A stretch of 57,221 bases of DNA, from positions 1 to 57,221 of the forward strand of contig JBBDRF010000010.1 of NCBI GenBank assembly GCA_040905565.1, written 5' to 3'. This stretch comes from Phycisphaeraceae bacterium. GTDB taxonomy: Bacteria > Planctomycetota > Phycisphaerae > Phycisphaerales > Zrk34. A program made the position numbers and the translations under genes. Positions 8,829-18,906 of this stretch are shown piece by piece. Under the pieces are notes generated by a model. It searched no databases. It was not told the origin of the DNA and saw only the letters and a program-made list of their open reading frames with translations. Numbering within the stretch: position 1 is the stretch's first letter; each line of letters starts with the position of its first letter.

Positions 8829-9748
8829 TACTGCAACTCCTCGCTCGAGCCGACGGGACGCACCCGAGGCTCACCCACACGCCGCTCTACGAGTTTAACG
8901 GTTGTGTTGAGATCATTCGACATCCGAAGCAAGCAGAAGTAGAAGCCTGCACGGCCGTCAAGCACACCTAGGCGAATAAAGTATAGGTACACGAACCGGA
9001 CGAGGGGACGGAAACCTACTCGTGCCGCGAGTCGTTTCAGGCATCGGCGCCGCAAAATTGCGTCCGACGATACCAAGTCCCGTAGAACTAAAGGCTTAGT
9101 CTGTAAGCTCTGAATCAATTCAACCTCATTACTTGAGTAATGGTTATGTCTCGCGATCCAGTCGGTGATGCCTTTGCTGAAGCCGTAGTGGTCGTAGGGG
9201 GCGTGGAGGTAATCGAGGGGGCCTTGGGTGACTTCGCGTTGGCCGTGACCTTCTTTGCGGTAGCGGACCTCGCCTTGTTTCAGAAGGCGCAGTTGCCAGC
9301 TGGGGTACATGGTGCAGCGTTTGATCCATTTGCCGAGGAAATAATTTCGGTAGCAGAGATAGAAACCAACGTTGCCATCGGGGTCGGCGATCGCGTTTTG
9401 GATCGCCTCGGCGAATGCGAGGTTGGAGCGTTCGTCGGCATCGAGGAAGAGGATCCAGTCGTGCTTTGCCTCGGCGTGATCCAGCGCGAAGTTACGCTGC
9501 TGGCCGAAGTCTTCAAACGCGTTGGTGAAGATCCGTACGTCGGGCCTGGCCTGCTGAGCGAGCGCGACGGTGTCGTCGGTGCTGCCGGAGTCGATAAGGA
9601 CGACGTCGTCGATCCAGTCGAGCGATTGCAGACATGGGCCGATATTCTCCGCCTCGTTGAAGGTGAGAATGATAGCGGTAAGGGGAGCCCGCTTGCGGCG
9701 GTCGCCGGCGGCCGGCTCGGGTTGTTTGCTGGTTTGGAGGGTGCTCAT
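8828..9748 (-). CDS. Glycosyltransferase family 2 (LgtF/KdtX-like)
   Basis: IILTFNEAENI; DSGSTDDT; QRNFAL; WILFLDADE. Start placed at ATG 9748, just after the upstream stop at 9762. Confidence 0.9.
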   Translation of the reverse strand: MSTLQTSKQPEPAAGDRRKRAPLTAIILTFNEAENIGPCLQSLDWIDDVVLIDSGSTDDTVALAQQARPDVRIFTNAFEDFGQQRNFALDHAEAKHDWILFLDADERSNLAFAEAIQNAIADPDGNVGFYLCYRNYFLGKWIKRCTMYPSWQLRLLKQGEVRYRKEGHGQREVTQGPLDYLHAPYDHYGFSKGITDWIARHNHYSSNEVELIQSLQTKPLVLRDLVSSDAILRRRCLKRLAARVGFRPLVRFVYLYFIRLGVLDGRAGFYFCLLRMSNDLNTTVKLVERRVGEPRVRPVGSSEELQ

Positions 9749-9761
9749 GGCTGGTGAGGGA

Positions 9762-11012
9762 TCAGTCCGTGACGATCGTGTTGGGGGGCGTGCCGCCTTG
9801 GGACATCCAGTGGTAGACATCGCGCATCTGTTTGGCGACGGCGTTCCATGTGTAGGATTTCAAGACGAGTTGGCGGGCGCGGTGGCCCATGCTTCGGCGT
9901 TCGGCGTCGGGCATGGCGATGAGGGTGCGCAGGCCTTCTTCCGTGCTGTCGACGTTAGGTTCGACGCAGAGAGCGCCGCCGGATTCGAAGGCCTCGGGGA
10001 AGTTGCAGCCGGCGGTGATCATCACGGGGCACTCGCAGGCCATGGCTTCGAGGACCGCCATGCTGAATCCTTCGGAGAAGGAGGGCAGGGCGAAGAATTC
10101 GGCAGCGCGAAGGGCCATGATCTTGTCGTCGCCTTGCAAATTCCCGGTGAAGGTGACGGAGCCTTCCAACCCGAGTTCGGTGACAAGCTCCCGTGCCTGG
10201 GGCGCGAAGCCGTTGTCCGGGCCGGCCAGGACGAGGTGCCAGTCGGGCTCGCCTTTGTGGATGCGTGCCCATGCTTCGATGAGGTGCTTGATACCCTTCT
10301 TCTGATGCAGCCGGGAGAGGAACAAGGCGATCTTCTTGTCCTTGAGTTCCGGATGCCGTTCGCGTAGCTGGTCGGGATCGACCGGGCGATCAAGCAGATC
10401 GAGGTCGACGCCGTTGGGCACGACGGCGACGGGGTTACGCAAACCGTAGGCCCGGATGCCCTGGAGTTCCTGCATGCTGTTGGTGTGGATGCAGTCGGCG
10501 GCTTCGAGGTCGCGGCGCTGGAACCAGCGTTCGACGATGCGTTTTTTCCAGCCGGAGTGCTCCAGGGCCCAGGGCTCGAGGGCGCCGTGGGCAGTGAACA
10601 TATAAGGTTTGCCGGCTCGATGGGCGGCCCGGCAGGCGTAGCTGTTGGGCAACATCCAGACACTGTGGTGATGCACGACATCCGTGTCCGCCATTGCCCG
10701 TTTGAGTTGGGTTTTGAGCGTGGGCGAATACGAGAGACCGCCAAGCCAGAGGCCGGGTGCGGTGTGCCAGTTGACGGGGGGCTCGAAGATGTCGCCGATG
10801 GATTGTCGACCGAGGCAGTCGGCGGCATAAACATCAACGGGGGCATTCTGCTGGGCGAGCGCCTTCGCCAGGCCGGCCATAATCCAGGCGACGCCGTTGG
10901 CGCGGGAGTAGAGCCCGCCGACGACGAACATGGTGCGCAGCGCCGGTTCGAGCGTGTCGGCATCGGTGGGAATCTGGCGTTCAGTTGGTTCAAGCATTGT
11001 TTGCATGATCAT
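9762..11012 (-). CDS. Glycosyltransferase family 4
   Basis: HGALEPWAL; LFLSRLHQKKG; SEGFSMAVLEAMA. The ORF-track extension beyond 11012 overlaps the neighbouring gene and is not used. Confidence 0.9.
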   Translation of the reverse strand: MIMQTMLEPTERQIPTDADTLEPALRTMFVVGGLYSRANGVAWIMAGLAKALAQQNAPVDVYAADCLGRQSIGDIFEPPVNWHTAPGLWLGGLSYSPTLKTQLKRAMADTDVVHHHSVWMLPNSYACRAAHRAGKPYMFTAHGALEPWALEHSGWKKRIVERWFQRRDLEAADCIHTNSMQELQGIRAYGLRNPVAVVPNGVDLDLLDRPVDPDQLRERHPELKDKKIALFLSRLHQKKGIKHLIEAWARIHKGEPDWHLVLAGPDNGFAPQARELVTELGLEGSVTFTGNLQGDDKIMALRAAEFFALPSFSEGFSMAVLEAMACECPVMITAGCNFPEAFESGGALCVEPNVDSTEEGLRTLIAMPDAERRSMGHRARQLVLKSYTWNAVAKQMRDVYHWMSQGGTPPNTIVTD

Positions 11013-12279
11013 TTTTGCCTGTCGCCGGGCACAAGCTGAGTACCTGTTGAATGTGCTGCTGGAACTGGTCGGCTCCGCTTTCGACTGAGAAGCGTTGGAC
11101 GCGTTCCAGCGAACGGCGGCCGAACGGGGCGAGGCTCTCCGGATGTTCCGCAAAGTACGCCAGGTGCTCGGTGAGTTTATCGACATCCTCAGCGTCGAAC
11201 GTAAATCCATTTTTGCCGTCGATGACCAGATCCCATGCTGCCCCTGTCTGATGCGACGCGACGATCGGCAGGCTGGCGCCGCAGGCTTCGTTGATGACGA
11301 CCGCCCAGCCGTCGTGCCGGGAGGGGAAGGCGAAGACGTCGGCCGCGGCGAAGTAGGTGGGAAGCTCAGCCTGCTTACGAAAGCCTGCGAAGTGGACGTA
11401 AGGCTTGAGCGATTCGGGCACGGCTGCTTCGTAGTCGGCCCGCTTGGGGCCGTCCCCGAGCAGCAGCAGGGCAAGATCGTCACGCCCTTCCGCGATGCGA
11501 CCGAACGCAGCGAGCAACGTGTCGATCCCCTTGCGGTGAATCATCTGCCCGGAGAAGAGGTAGACGGTTTTGCCGGCGAGTTGGTGACGCTCGCGAACGA
11601 CTTGGACGTCGGCTTCATCGGCGTGGGCGAAACGGCTGACGTCGCAGCAGTACGGCAGCATCATCAGCTTGGCGCGGTCGGCGCCGATCTCGGCGTAGGT
11701 TTCGACGGCTGCGGTGCCGATGGCGATGGTGCCGTGCGACCAGCGTAACAGCGTGCGGAGCACCTTCTGCCGGATGCCGAGTCCGAGCTTTCGCAGGAGG
11801 CTGCCGCTGGCCCACTTCATGCGGAACTGCCCGCCGCGCGGCCGCTCGAGCCAAAGCACCCAGGGCTTGCGCCGAACGGTCAGAATCATCGCACAAAGCA
11901 GGAAAGTAAGGCTGGTGTAAAGGCCGGAGAGGACGTAGCAATCGCGCCGGCCGAACGCCGTTTCCCACAGCGCCCGCGGATGAATCTGAAACTCATCACG
12001 CAGCTTCGACGGGAACAGACCGCCGAGCACACGATACGAAAACGCCCACGCCTTTGCTGCCCCCGGAGCCGCGGCACTCTGATCGCGCATGAAGCGCACG
12101 TCCAGTTCCACCCCCGTCTCACGCTCAACCGCGGTCAGCAACTCCACCTGATATGGACTCGGCGCATTGGTCAGCAGCCAGACGCTGGCGCGATGCTGCT
12201 GCGGGTCGACGACCGATGCATCTGCGTCAGCGTCGACGATCGTAGAGGATAATTCTGATTGGCAGGTCGTCATATTCAT
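10990..12279 (-). CDS. Glycosyltransferase family 4
   Basis: TNAPSPYQ; LFSGQMIHRKG; PSRHDGWAVVINEA. Confidence 0.9.
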   Translation of the reverse strand: MNMTTCQSELSSTIVDADADASVVDPQQHRASVWLLTNAPSPYQVELLTAVERETGVELDVRFMRDQSAAAPGAAKAWAFSYRVLGGLFPSKLRDEFQIHPRALWETAFGRRDCYVLSGLYTSLTFLLCAMILTVRRKPWVLWLERPRGGQFRMKWASGSLLRKLGLGIRQKVLRTLLRWSHGTIAIGTAAVETYAEIGADRAKLMMLPYCCDVSRFAHADEADVQVVRERHQLAGKTVYLFSGQMIHRKGIDTLLAAFGRIAEGRDDLALLLLGDGPKRADYEAAVPESLKPYVHFAGFRKQAELPTYFAAADVFAFPSRHDGWAVVINEACGASLPIVASHQTGAAWDLVIDGKNGFTFDAEDVDKLTEHLAYFAEHPESLAPFGRRSLERVQRFSVESGADQFQQHIQQVLSLCPATGKNDHANNA

Positions 12280-12286
12280 AGAACGC

Positions 12287-13780
12287 TCACCACCGTTCCG
12301 CTGCGCTGGGGTTCTCGTGCCTTGCCTGCTGGGCACGCTCAGCCTCGTCGGCGATATACGGCCGAGAGACCGGCGGTCCCGCCAACCAGCCGTGCAACTG
12401 CTGGGGCTGCTCGTCGATCGGCAGCGGTGCGGCTTCGTCAGGCATCGCGCGCGTCATCCGTGGAGCCACGAAGTACCGCCACGCCAGCCACGTCGGAATC
12501 AGAATCATCATGACGCGGTAGAGCCACGCCCCGACGCTCTGGCTCACGAGGTAGACGCTGAGGGCGAGTGCGATCATGTACATGATCGTCCATAGCCCCC
12601 CCACCGTCGCAAATTTTCGCCATAGGGAAGAGTAGAACTTGCCGATGAGAAACGCGGAGACCAGCCCAAGCCAGCCCCACTCACGGAAGAGGTCCGCTGC
12701 GATTCCACCAGCTGTACCGCGCGGCGGGAGGAAGCCGGCCGACTCCTCCCACTGCGCCTCGGTGAAGCCTGCATGGCCGGGGTCTCGCACCATGTCGCCG
12801 AAGCCGAGGTCGTCATACATCGAGGGCCACAGGGCACTGGGGAACGGCCTCAGCACGAACTGCATGAACCACCGTCGGCCCCAGTAGTACTCGCCGGTTC
12901 CCGAGGCCGTGAGGATCAGGCCGCCGGCGTAAATGTATTCCTGTCCGCTTTGGGCACCTTCGAAGGTGAGTTGGCTCATCACGCGGGTGCTGTCGACTTC
13001 CGCGTCGCCGCCGGCGCGTTCGACCTGCCGATTCACCACAAGCAGCAGCATGATCATGCCGAGGATCACCACGCCGCTGACGGCGGTGCGAAGCGTCGGG
13101 CGCTTCTGCCGGGCCACATACCAGGCCACCATCAGCGTCAGCAGGATCAGAAACGTCGGCCCCCGTCGGTTGCCGATCAGCCCCACGCTCAGGTGAGGCA
13201 AAGCAAACAGCAGGGCGAGGATGATGTGTTCAATCCCCACGCGTCGGCCCTGCAGCGACACCGCCAGCAGAAGGATCGCCGGGTACGCCAGCATCGGCAA
13301 CTCGCTCACGTAGCCGATCGGATGGCCGATGTAGACCTTCGCCTGTGAGAACACGTGGACCGGGCCGCCCGCGCGAATCACCAGCCAGATGAACACCAGC
13401 AGCGACAGCCAACCGATCACCGACGCCATGCGAAAGAGCACCTGCTGCGTCGCGGGATCGACAAACGCTTCGGTGCTGCTGAGGCCGACCGAGCCCTTCT
13501 CGGTCATCTCCTGTGAGATGCGAGGCAGGAGCCCCACGCAGAAGATCGCCACGAACGCCAGGTTCACCATCTGCACGAACGCCAGCGTATCCGGCTCAAA
13601 GAAGCGATCCAGATGCCCGCCCCACTGCAGCATCGCCGGGCTGTAGACGTACATGTACGCCAACATCGGCGCGAACACGACCGCCGGCACAAACGGATCC
13701 CGCATCCGCCGATAGCCCAGCCACATGCCGCTGACGATCACCACGGCGGTCAGGATTAGAAGAATCTCGAACACGAACAC
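12287..13780 (-). CDS. Wzy-like polysaccharide polymerase / O-antigen ligase family membrane protein
   Basis: About 10-12 hydrophobic segments; GNRRG loop; large periplasmic loop with PFPSALWP; ADLFREWGWLG. Start approximate (GTG 13780 or 13774). Confidence 0.7.
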   Translation of the reverse strand: MFVFEILLILTAVVIVSGMWLGYRRMRDPFVPAVVFAPMLAYMYVYSPAMLQWGGHLDRFFEPDTLAFVQMVNLAFVAIFCVGLLPRISQEMTEKGSVGLSSTEAFVDPATQQVLFRMASVIGWLSLLVFIWLVIRAGGPVHVFSQAKVYIGHPIGYVSELPMLAYPAILLLAVSLQGRRVGIEHIILALLFALPHLSVGLIGNRRGPTFLILLTLMVAWYVARQKRPTLRTAVSGVVILGMIMLLLVVNRQVERAGGDAEVDSTRVMSQLTFEGAQSGQEYIYAGGLILTASGTGEYYWGRRWFMQFVLRPFPSALWPSMYDDLGFGDMVRDPGHAGFTEAQWEESAGFLPPRGTAGGIAADLFREWGWLGLVSAFLIGKFYSSLWRKFATVGGLWTIMYMIALALSVYLVSQSVGAWLYRVMMILIPTWLAWRYFVAPRMTRAMPDEAAPLPIDEQPQQLHGWLAGPPVSRPYIADEAERAQQARHENPSAAERW

Positions 13781-13784
13781 CCCT

Positions 13785-14936
13785 TCAGCTACGCGCGTCC
13801 ATCGCGGTCTTGAGCCGCTCAGCACAGCGTCTCCATGTGAACTCCGCCACGCGATCAAGACCCCGTGCGATCAGCGATCCCCGAAGTGCTGCGTCGCCCT
13901 GCAGGTTTGTGATCATGTCGAATATTTCCTGTTCGTCCTGCCCTTCCACTTCGAGCCCCGCCCCGCCCATCACCTCCGGCAGCGCCGCGGCGCGACTCCC
14001 GATGACGGGCGCCCCCGCCGCCATCGCCTCGAGCACCGGAATGCCGAACCCTTCATAGCGTGACGGAAACAGCATCACCAACGCGTGCGTCAGCATGGCT
14101 GCGAGATCGTCGTCCGGAACGTAGCCGAGCAACCGCAACGGGAAGTTCGGATTCTGCTGACACAAATTCGCATGCTCCTGGACGAGATCCTCATCGTGCC
14201 TTCGGCCGGCGACCAGAATCTCAAGCCCCGCGCCCTGCTCATGAAGCAGCTTCGCCAGCCTCAGCAGGGCCGGGCCGTTCTTGCGGTGCGTCAGGCTGCC
14301 GACTGTCACGACGTAGCTGTGGCGAGCGAGCCCATACTCATCGAGGACGCGTTCATCGTCCGCCGCGGCGGATCGGAAGAAGACGGGTGCGATGCCGTTG
14401 CCGATGACTTCGATTCGGTCTTCGTCGAAACCGTCGAACAGCGTCAACAAGCGTGACCGCGTAAACTGCGACACCGTGGCGATCAAATCCGCCCGACGCA
14501 GCATCCGTTTCATCGTCATCTGCCATCGTCGCCGCGACCACGTCGCCGTCGCCGGCAGCCCCGGCACGTCCCGCTCAAACGGCAACACATCATGTAACGT
14601 CACCGCCAGCTTCGCATGACGCGTCGCCACCGGCTGCTCCTTCGGGCTGTAAACCCAATCCACCGGCCCCGCCCAACGATCCACGCTGAACCATCGACTG
14701 CCCAGAAGCACCGCCCGGCTCAGCCGCTCCGGCCCCGGCAGATACCGCACTGGTATCGCGCTCAGCACGCCATTGAGGTGCGGCTGGATATTCTCATACG
14801 ACGCCCGGCTCGTCAGGAGCACCGGCTCCACATCCTCAAGCTGGGCGAGTTCCGTCGCCATGCTCGCGATGTGCCGCCCCACGCCCGTCGGCTTGGCGAT
14901 CGAATCAATCGGTGATGAATAAATCGCGATACGCAA
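13785..14936 (-). CDS. Glycosyltransferase family 4 (mannosyltransferase-like)
   Basis: TGVGR; VTLHD; VGSLTHRKN; FPSRYEGFGIPVLEAMA. Confidence 0.9.
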   Translation of the reverse strand: MRIAIYSSPIDSIAKPTGVGRHIASMATELAQLEDVEPVLLTSRASYENIQPHLNGVLSAIPVRYLPGPERLSRAVLLGSRWFSVDRWAGPVDWVYSPKEQPVATRHAKLAVTLHDVLPFERDVPGLPATATWSRRRWQMTMKRMLRRADLIATVSQFTRSRLLTLFDGFDEDRIEVIGNGIAPVFFRSAAADDERVLDEYGLARHSYVVTVGSLTHRKNGPALLRLAKLLHEQGAGLEILVAGRRHDEDLVQEHANLCQQNPNFPLRLLGYVPDDDLAAMLTHALVMLFPSRYEGFGIPVLEAMAAGAPVIGSRAAALPEVMGGAGLEVEGQDEQEIFDMITNLQGDAALRGSLIARGLDRVAEFTWRRCAERLKTAMDARS

Positions 14937-14938
14937 AG

Positions 14939-16135
14939 TCAGGTTGATCCGTTCGTCAGGAGCTTGTCATACAGTCGTGAAAATTTCTCAGCTGTGCGTT
15001 CGATCGTGAACTCTTCCAGCACGCGCTGCCGGGCCCGCTCGCCCATCTGCCTGCGATGCTCCGGATCCGCAGCGAACTGCTCCACCGCCGCCGCCAGTGC
15101 CTCCGCATCACGCGGCGAAACAAGCAGGCCCTGCTCACCATCATGCACCGCCTCCGGAATGCCCGCGATCCGCGTCGAAAGCACCGGCACCCCCGACGCC
15201 ATCGCTTCGAGTATCGCCAACGGCAACCCCTCGAACGACACCGAAGGCAACGCAAAGAGATCCAGCGAGCGGTAGAACTCGGTCATCCCGTCAAGCCTGC
15301 CCAGCCACTGCACATGCTCGGTCAGCCCGCGCTCGGCCGCCAGCGCTTCAAGCTCCGCCCGGCTGCCGCCTTCGCCCGCCACGCGCCATGTGAAGTTCAC
15401 CCCACGATCCCGCACCTTCGCCAGCGCCTCGATCAGATATTCCAGGCCCTTCATCGGCGCCAACCGAGCCGCCGTCCCAATCACCAGCCCCCCCCCACCA
15501 CTCGCCCCACTCGCCCCCCCACCGCTGCCCGCATCGTTGTTCTCTGCTTCGGCGTGGTCGTTGAAACTCGCCGGGATGTATTTTGCGGCGTCGATGCCGT
15601 TCCAGATCACCTGGACCTGTTCGCGGGGCAGCCTCAGGCGACTGCACAGATGGCTCTGCACGCCGCCGGACACAGCGATGATGTGGGCATTCGGCTGCCG
15701 AAACAGCCACCGCGTCATCGACCGCCGCACGCCCTGCCGCAGGCCCTTCGTCTCCAGCCAGCTATCGGTCGTGTGCCAGTGGACAACGTGAGGCCTGCCC
15801 GTCCCGCGCAGCGCGATCGCCGTCGCCATGCTCGCATCCCACCCATGACTGTGCACCACACCCGGCTCAGCCTCCCGCAGCACACCCCGCAACTCCCGCC
15901 CCACGCGCCAAAGCGTCCCCAGCCGATTGTACCGCCCGTCATAACGGACCCGATGCGACGCCGCCGCCGCCATCTTCGCATCCCGGTCCCCCAGAACACA
16001 AAGCGAAACCCCCTCCCGCCCCACCCCAGGCAACGCCTCAAGCAGATCCAAAACCACCTGCTGCCCGCCACCATAAAACAGGCCGGAAATGACGTGGAGT
16101 GTGCTTTTGCTATACGAAGTAGGCATCAAGTTCAT
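14939..16135 (-). CDS. Glycosyltransferase family 4
   Basis: GGGQQV; AARLAPMKG; FEGLPLAILEAMASG. Confidence 0.9.
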   Translation of the reverse strand: MNLMPTSYSKSTLHVISGLFYGGGQQVVLDLLEALPGVGREGVSLCVLGDRDAKMAAAASHRVRYDGRYNRLGTLWRVGRELRGVLREAEPGVVHSHGWDASMATAIALRGTGRPHVVHWHTTDSWLETKGLRQGVRRSMTRWLFRQPNAHIIAVSGGVQSHLCSRLRLPREQVQVIWNGIDAAKYIPASFNDHAEAENNDAGSGGGASGASGGGGLVIGTAARLAPMKGLEYLIEALAKVRDRGVNFTWRVAGEGGSRAELEALAAERGLTEHVQWLGRLDGMTEFYRSLDLFALPSVSFEGLPLAILEAMASGVPVLSTRIAGIPEAVHDGEQGLLVSPRDAEALAAAVEQFAADPEHRRQMGERARQRVLEEFTIERTAEKFSRLYDKLLTNGST

Positions 16136-17004
16136 AAGTTCCGTCTAACGATCTTGTCCGGCATTACAGCGAACAGAGTATCCTCTATTGTGGCGACAGC
16201 CCGCTCCAATGAGCCTCCATTGTCCACTTCGATTACCGACGCTCCCCGTCTTCGCAATATTGCTGCCGCCTGCTCCATCTCTTCTAAGCACCAAGTCAAT
16301 CGTTCTAGTACAGTCTCACGATCATCACTCGCAATATTTGGCGGATCACCTCGGGCCACCATCCTCTCGTACAGCACTTCCGGGGGCGCCTTGACAAAAA
16401 ACACAATGTCAGAGAGCGGTATAAGAAGGTTGTACTCTTCGATCTCTCGCTGCGTCGGGCGTGCCTCGTTCACCCGATGAAAATAGTGCTGATAGTGAGC
16501 GAAACTTTCGTCCAGCAAGACCCATGTGGCCGGATTCTTTGCTTGTATCTCCGAAAGCATCTGATAATGCGCGGCAAGCCTCACAAAAAAGTTTTTAGTG
16601 TATTCCCTGATCCACCCAGACCGCCATGCAGCCATTCCTGAGATACTCTCCACCGGTTGCTGCCCCTCGAACCCGTATTCCCTAAGCGATCCCACCAACC
16701 CACACAACCTCCAGTTAGACCACATAAATTCCACGAATGCCTGATGAACCACCGCATGGTACAACGGCGTCCAGGGAATAGTTGCTTGCCTTAGCGAGCG
16801 CGGCAGACGCCCTATTAACTTCTGCAGCTTGGATCGCGCTCCATTGTCAGCAAGGAATTGATCGACGATTCGGACACTTTGTTTCGACGACACATACATT
16901 TGCATCGCAACGTGAGGAACCCGCGTAGCACCCACTGCGGATCTGAGCGACCGAAACAGCGTCGACTTCCCCGAACCTGGCAATGCCATAAACTCTATCC
17001 ACAT
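16132..17004 (-). CDS. P-loop NTPase, nucleoside-monophosphate-kinase-like fold, unknown substrate
   Basis: N-terminal IEFMALPGSGKST; VLLDE; FVKAPPEVLYERMVARG lid-like segment. Confidence 0.7.
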   Translation of the reverse strand: MWIEFMALPGSGKSTLFRSLRSAVGATRVPHVAMQMYVSSKQSVRIVDQFLADNGARSKLQKLIGRLPRSLRQATIPWTPLYHAVVHQAFVEFMWSNWRLCGLVGSLREYGFEGQQPVESISGMAAWRSGWIREYTKNFFVRLAAHYQMLSEIQAKNPATWVLLDESFAHYQHYFHRVNEARPTQREIEEYNLLIPLSDIVFFVKAPPEVLYERMVARGDPPNIASDDRETVLERLTWCLEEMEQAAAILRRRGASVIEVDNGGSLERAVATIEDTLFAVMPDKIVRRNL

Positions 17005-17017
17005 AGCTTCACAACTC

Positions 17018-18088
17018 TCATCTCTTAATCCGCCGCCTCAAGCACCCACGCAATTTCAAAGCCTTTGCCCACATGCGGACAAAATATGGATTTCGGCATA
17101 AGAACGCCAACGTCGACGACACGATGCGCCGCGTGCCTTCCCCGGCAGCGGTAGAGGCTCTATAGGCCTCAACTGCGGTCCCGCCCATACCCAGAAGGGC
17201 TGCAGCATTCCCTACCCGGAGAAAGTGTCTTGAAAAACGTTGGGCAAACTCTCCTCGATATGCTCCGTGCGCTCGAGCATGGCCCTCGATTAACTTGAAC
17301 GCCCGGAGTTCGCTCTGCAGACTTGCCGCTCCCCTCGTTTCCGTCACGGAGCCCACCGTACGCCGATAGAGACTGACAACTAAATCCGTGCGCATCACAA
17401 CTGGGTGTTGGCAGCGGACGCGCGCAATGTACTCATAGTCCTCTGCATAAGTGAGGTCCTCCCTAAATAATCCGACCTTGGCTACCAACTCTCGTCTCAT
17501 CAAATTCGCCCATACCGGCGGAACGAATTTAATTAATGGCTGCATCTCGACCCGCTCAACATTAGTAGCACAACAGGACTGATTCCCACTTATCAGATCC
17601 ACGACTTCCTCGTTCTTCCAGAAACGTTCCGTCCTGCCGTATGCAATGTCGCTAGGCGCGCCTACAAGAAGACTCTGAAGCACACTTGTTCGCTCAGGCG
17701 TCAACACGTCATCCGCATCCACGAAACCAATGAAAGCGCCGCGACACTTCCGAATTCCTTCGTTTCGGGCAGCGGAGACCCCGCGATTTTCCTGCCGAAC
17801 ACAAACCACTTTGAAGTCGGCACAATTCTGTTTCTGGATAAACCGTTCGACGACAAGAAAAGTATCATCCGTGGAACCATCGTCTACCACTACTACTTCG
17901 AGGGGTCGATAGTATTGTGCCAAGCATGACCTAAGCGTGTCCTCAATGTGGTTTTCGGCGTTGTACGCTGGAATGATGTAAGAGATCAGCGTAGGAACAC
18001 CAGACCCAAGTTCCACGGCGGGCGAGGTTCCTTTCGACCTGCAGGCTTCATCAATACCGTTATTTTCCCTCAACCCGATGCCTCTCAT
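17018..18088 (-). CDS. Glycosyltransferase family 2
   Basis: IIPAYNAE; VDDGSTD; NRGVSAARN; FVDADD. Confidence 0.9.
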   Translation of the reverse strand: MRGIGLRENNGIDEACRSKGTSPAVELGSGVPTLISYIIPAYNAENHIEDTLRSCLAQYYRPLEVVVVDDGSTDDTFLVVERFIQKQNCADFKVVCVRQENRGVSAARNEGIRKCRGAFIGFVDADDVLTPERTSVLQSLLVGAPSDIAYGRTERFWKNEEVVDLISGNQSCCATNVERVEMQPLIKFVPPVWANLMRRELVAKVGLFREDLTYAEDYEYIARVRCQHPVVMRTDLVVSLYRRTVGSVTETRGAASLQSELRAFKLIEGHARAHGAYRGEFAQRFSRHFLRVGNAAALLGMGGTAVEAYRASTAAGEGTRRIVSSTLAFLCRNPYFVRMWAKALKLRGCLRRRIKR

Positions 18089-18121
18089 GATTCACACTAG
18101 CCAACACGTGTTTCCTCCATC

Positions 18122-18892
18122 TTACCGGCACAGATACAACTGTCGGCTGGTACACGACGTGGCGTCATCATCTGAACTTGCCGTCAACTGCGTGACCTCG
18201 CCGTAAAGCGATTCAAGATAGCTAATTTGTTCCTGCTGTTGACGTGGCGATCCGTTGGACTCGAAGACCATCTGGTCAGACACATCGGCAGTGAACTGAA
18301 TAACCTCACGCCAGTTCGGGATCCACATACAGACGGCGAGCAGGAATGCGATATCAACTTTTGGCGTGGGTAGCAAGTCACGAATAATATCGAGTTGCTC
18401 GGTAGCAAGATCAAACACGTAGAAATCGAGATGGTTCGCTCCCATGCACCGGCTGATTCGATTCGCCACGTTGATCATCCGCGTGTCAAAATCGATGCCT
18501 GTTCCAGAGGCGATCTGATCCCGTAACGCAAAGAGCATTCCACCTTGATTGCAGCCAATATCGAGCACAGTTTTGCCGGAAAAATCGAGCGGAATGGCAT
18601 CAAGGCGTTCACGGGGGTTCCGCTGCCCGCGCAAAGTTTGTCCGTTGAGCTCGATGGTGTGGTAGCCTGCTGGCATCTTCGTCGCGGCGTACAACGTACC
18701 ACTGGTCTTGGTGTAGTTGAGCAGGTTCGCCACCTGTTGCAGCTCGCGATCCTGCTCGCTCTCCGTACCGGAGGACGCGTCCCACGCCACCCGGTTGAAG
18801 ATGTATGGTGGCCGTTCCTTGCCGGTCCAGCGACGGTAGTATCGCCGCGCCGTCGGTCCAAGGACTGGTATGTTCTTAATTAACTGCCTCAT
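18122..18892 (-). CDS. Class I SAM-dependent methyltransferase
   Basis: GKTVLDIGCNQGG; GIDFD. Start placed at ATG 18892, after the upstream stop at 18907. Confidence 0.85.
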   Translation of the reverse strand: MRQLIKNIPVLGPTARRYYRRWTGKERPPYIFNRVAWDASSGTESEQDRELQQVANLLNYTKTSGTLYAATKMPAGYHTIELNGQTLRGQRNPRERLDAIPLDFSGKTVLDIGCNQGGMLFALRDQIASGTGIDFDTRMINVANRISRCMGANHLDFYVFDLATEQLDIIRDLLPTPKVDIAFLLAVCMWIPNWREVIQFTADVSDQMVFESNGSPRQQQEQISYLESLYGEVTQLTASSDDDATSCTSRQLYLCR

Positions 18893-18906
18893 CGGGGGGT
18901 ATTCCT

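Noticed and set aside
15488..15530. C-run repeats (CCCCACTCGCCCC) in a GT4 gene as a phase-variable tract
   Set aside because: They encode an in-frame Gly/Ser/Ala linker (SGGGASGASGGGG), the frame is intact and the runs are short.
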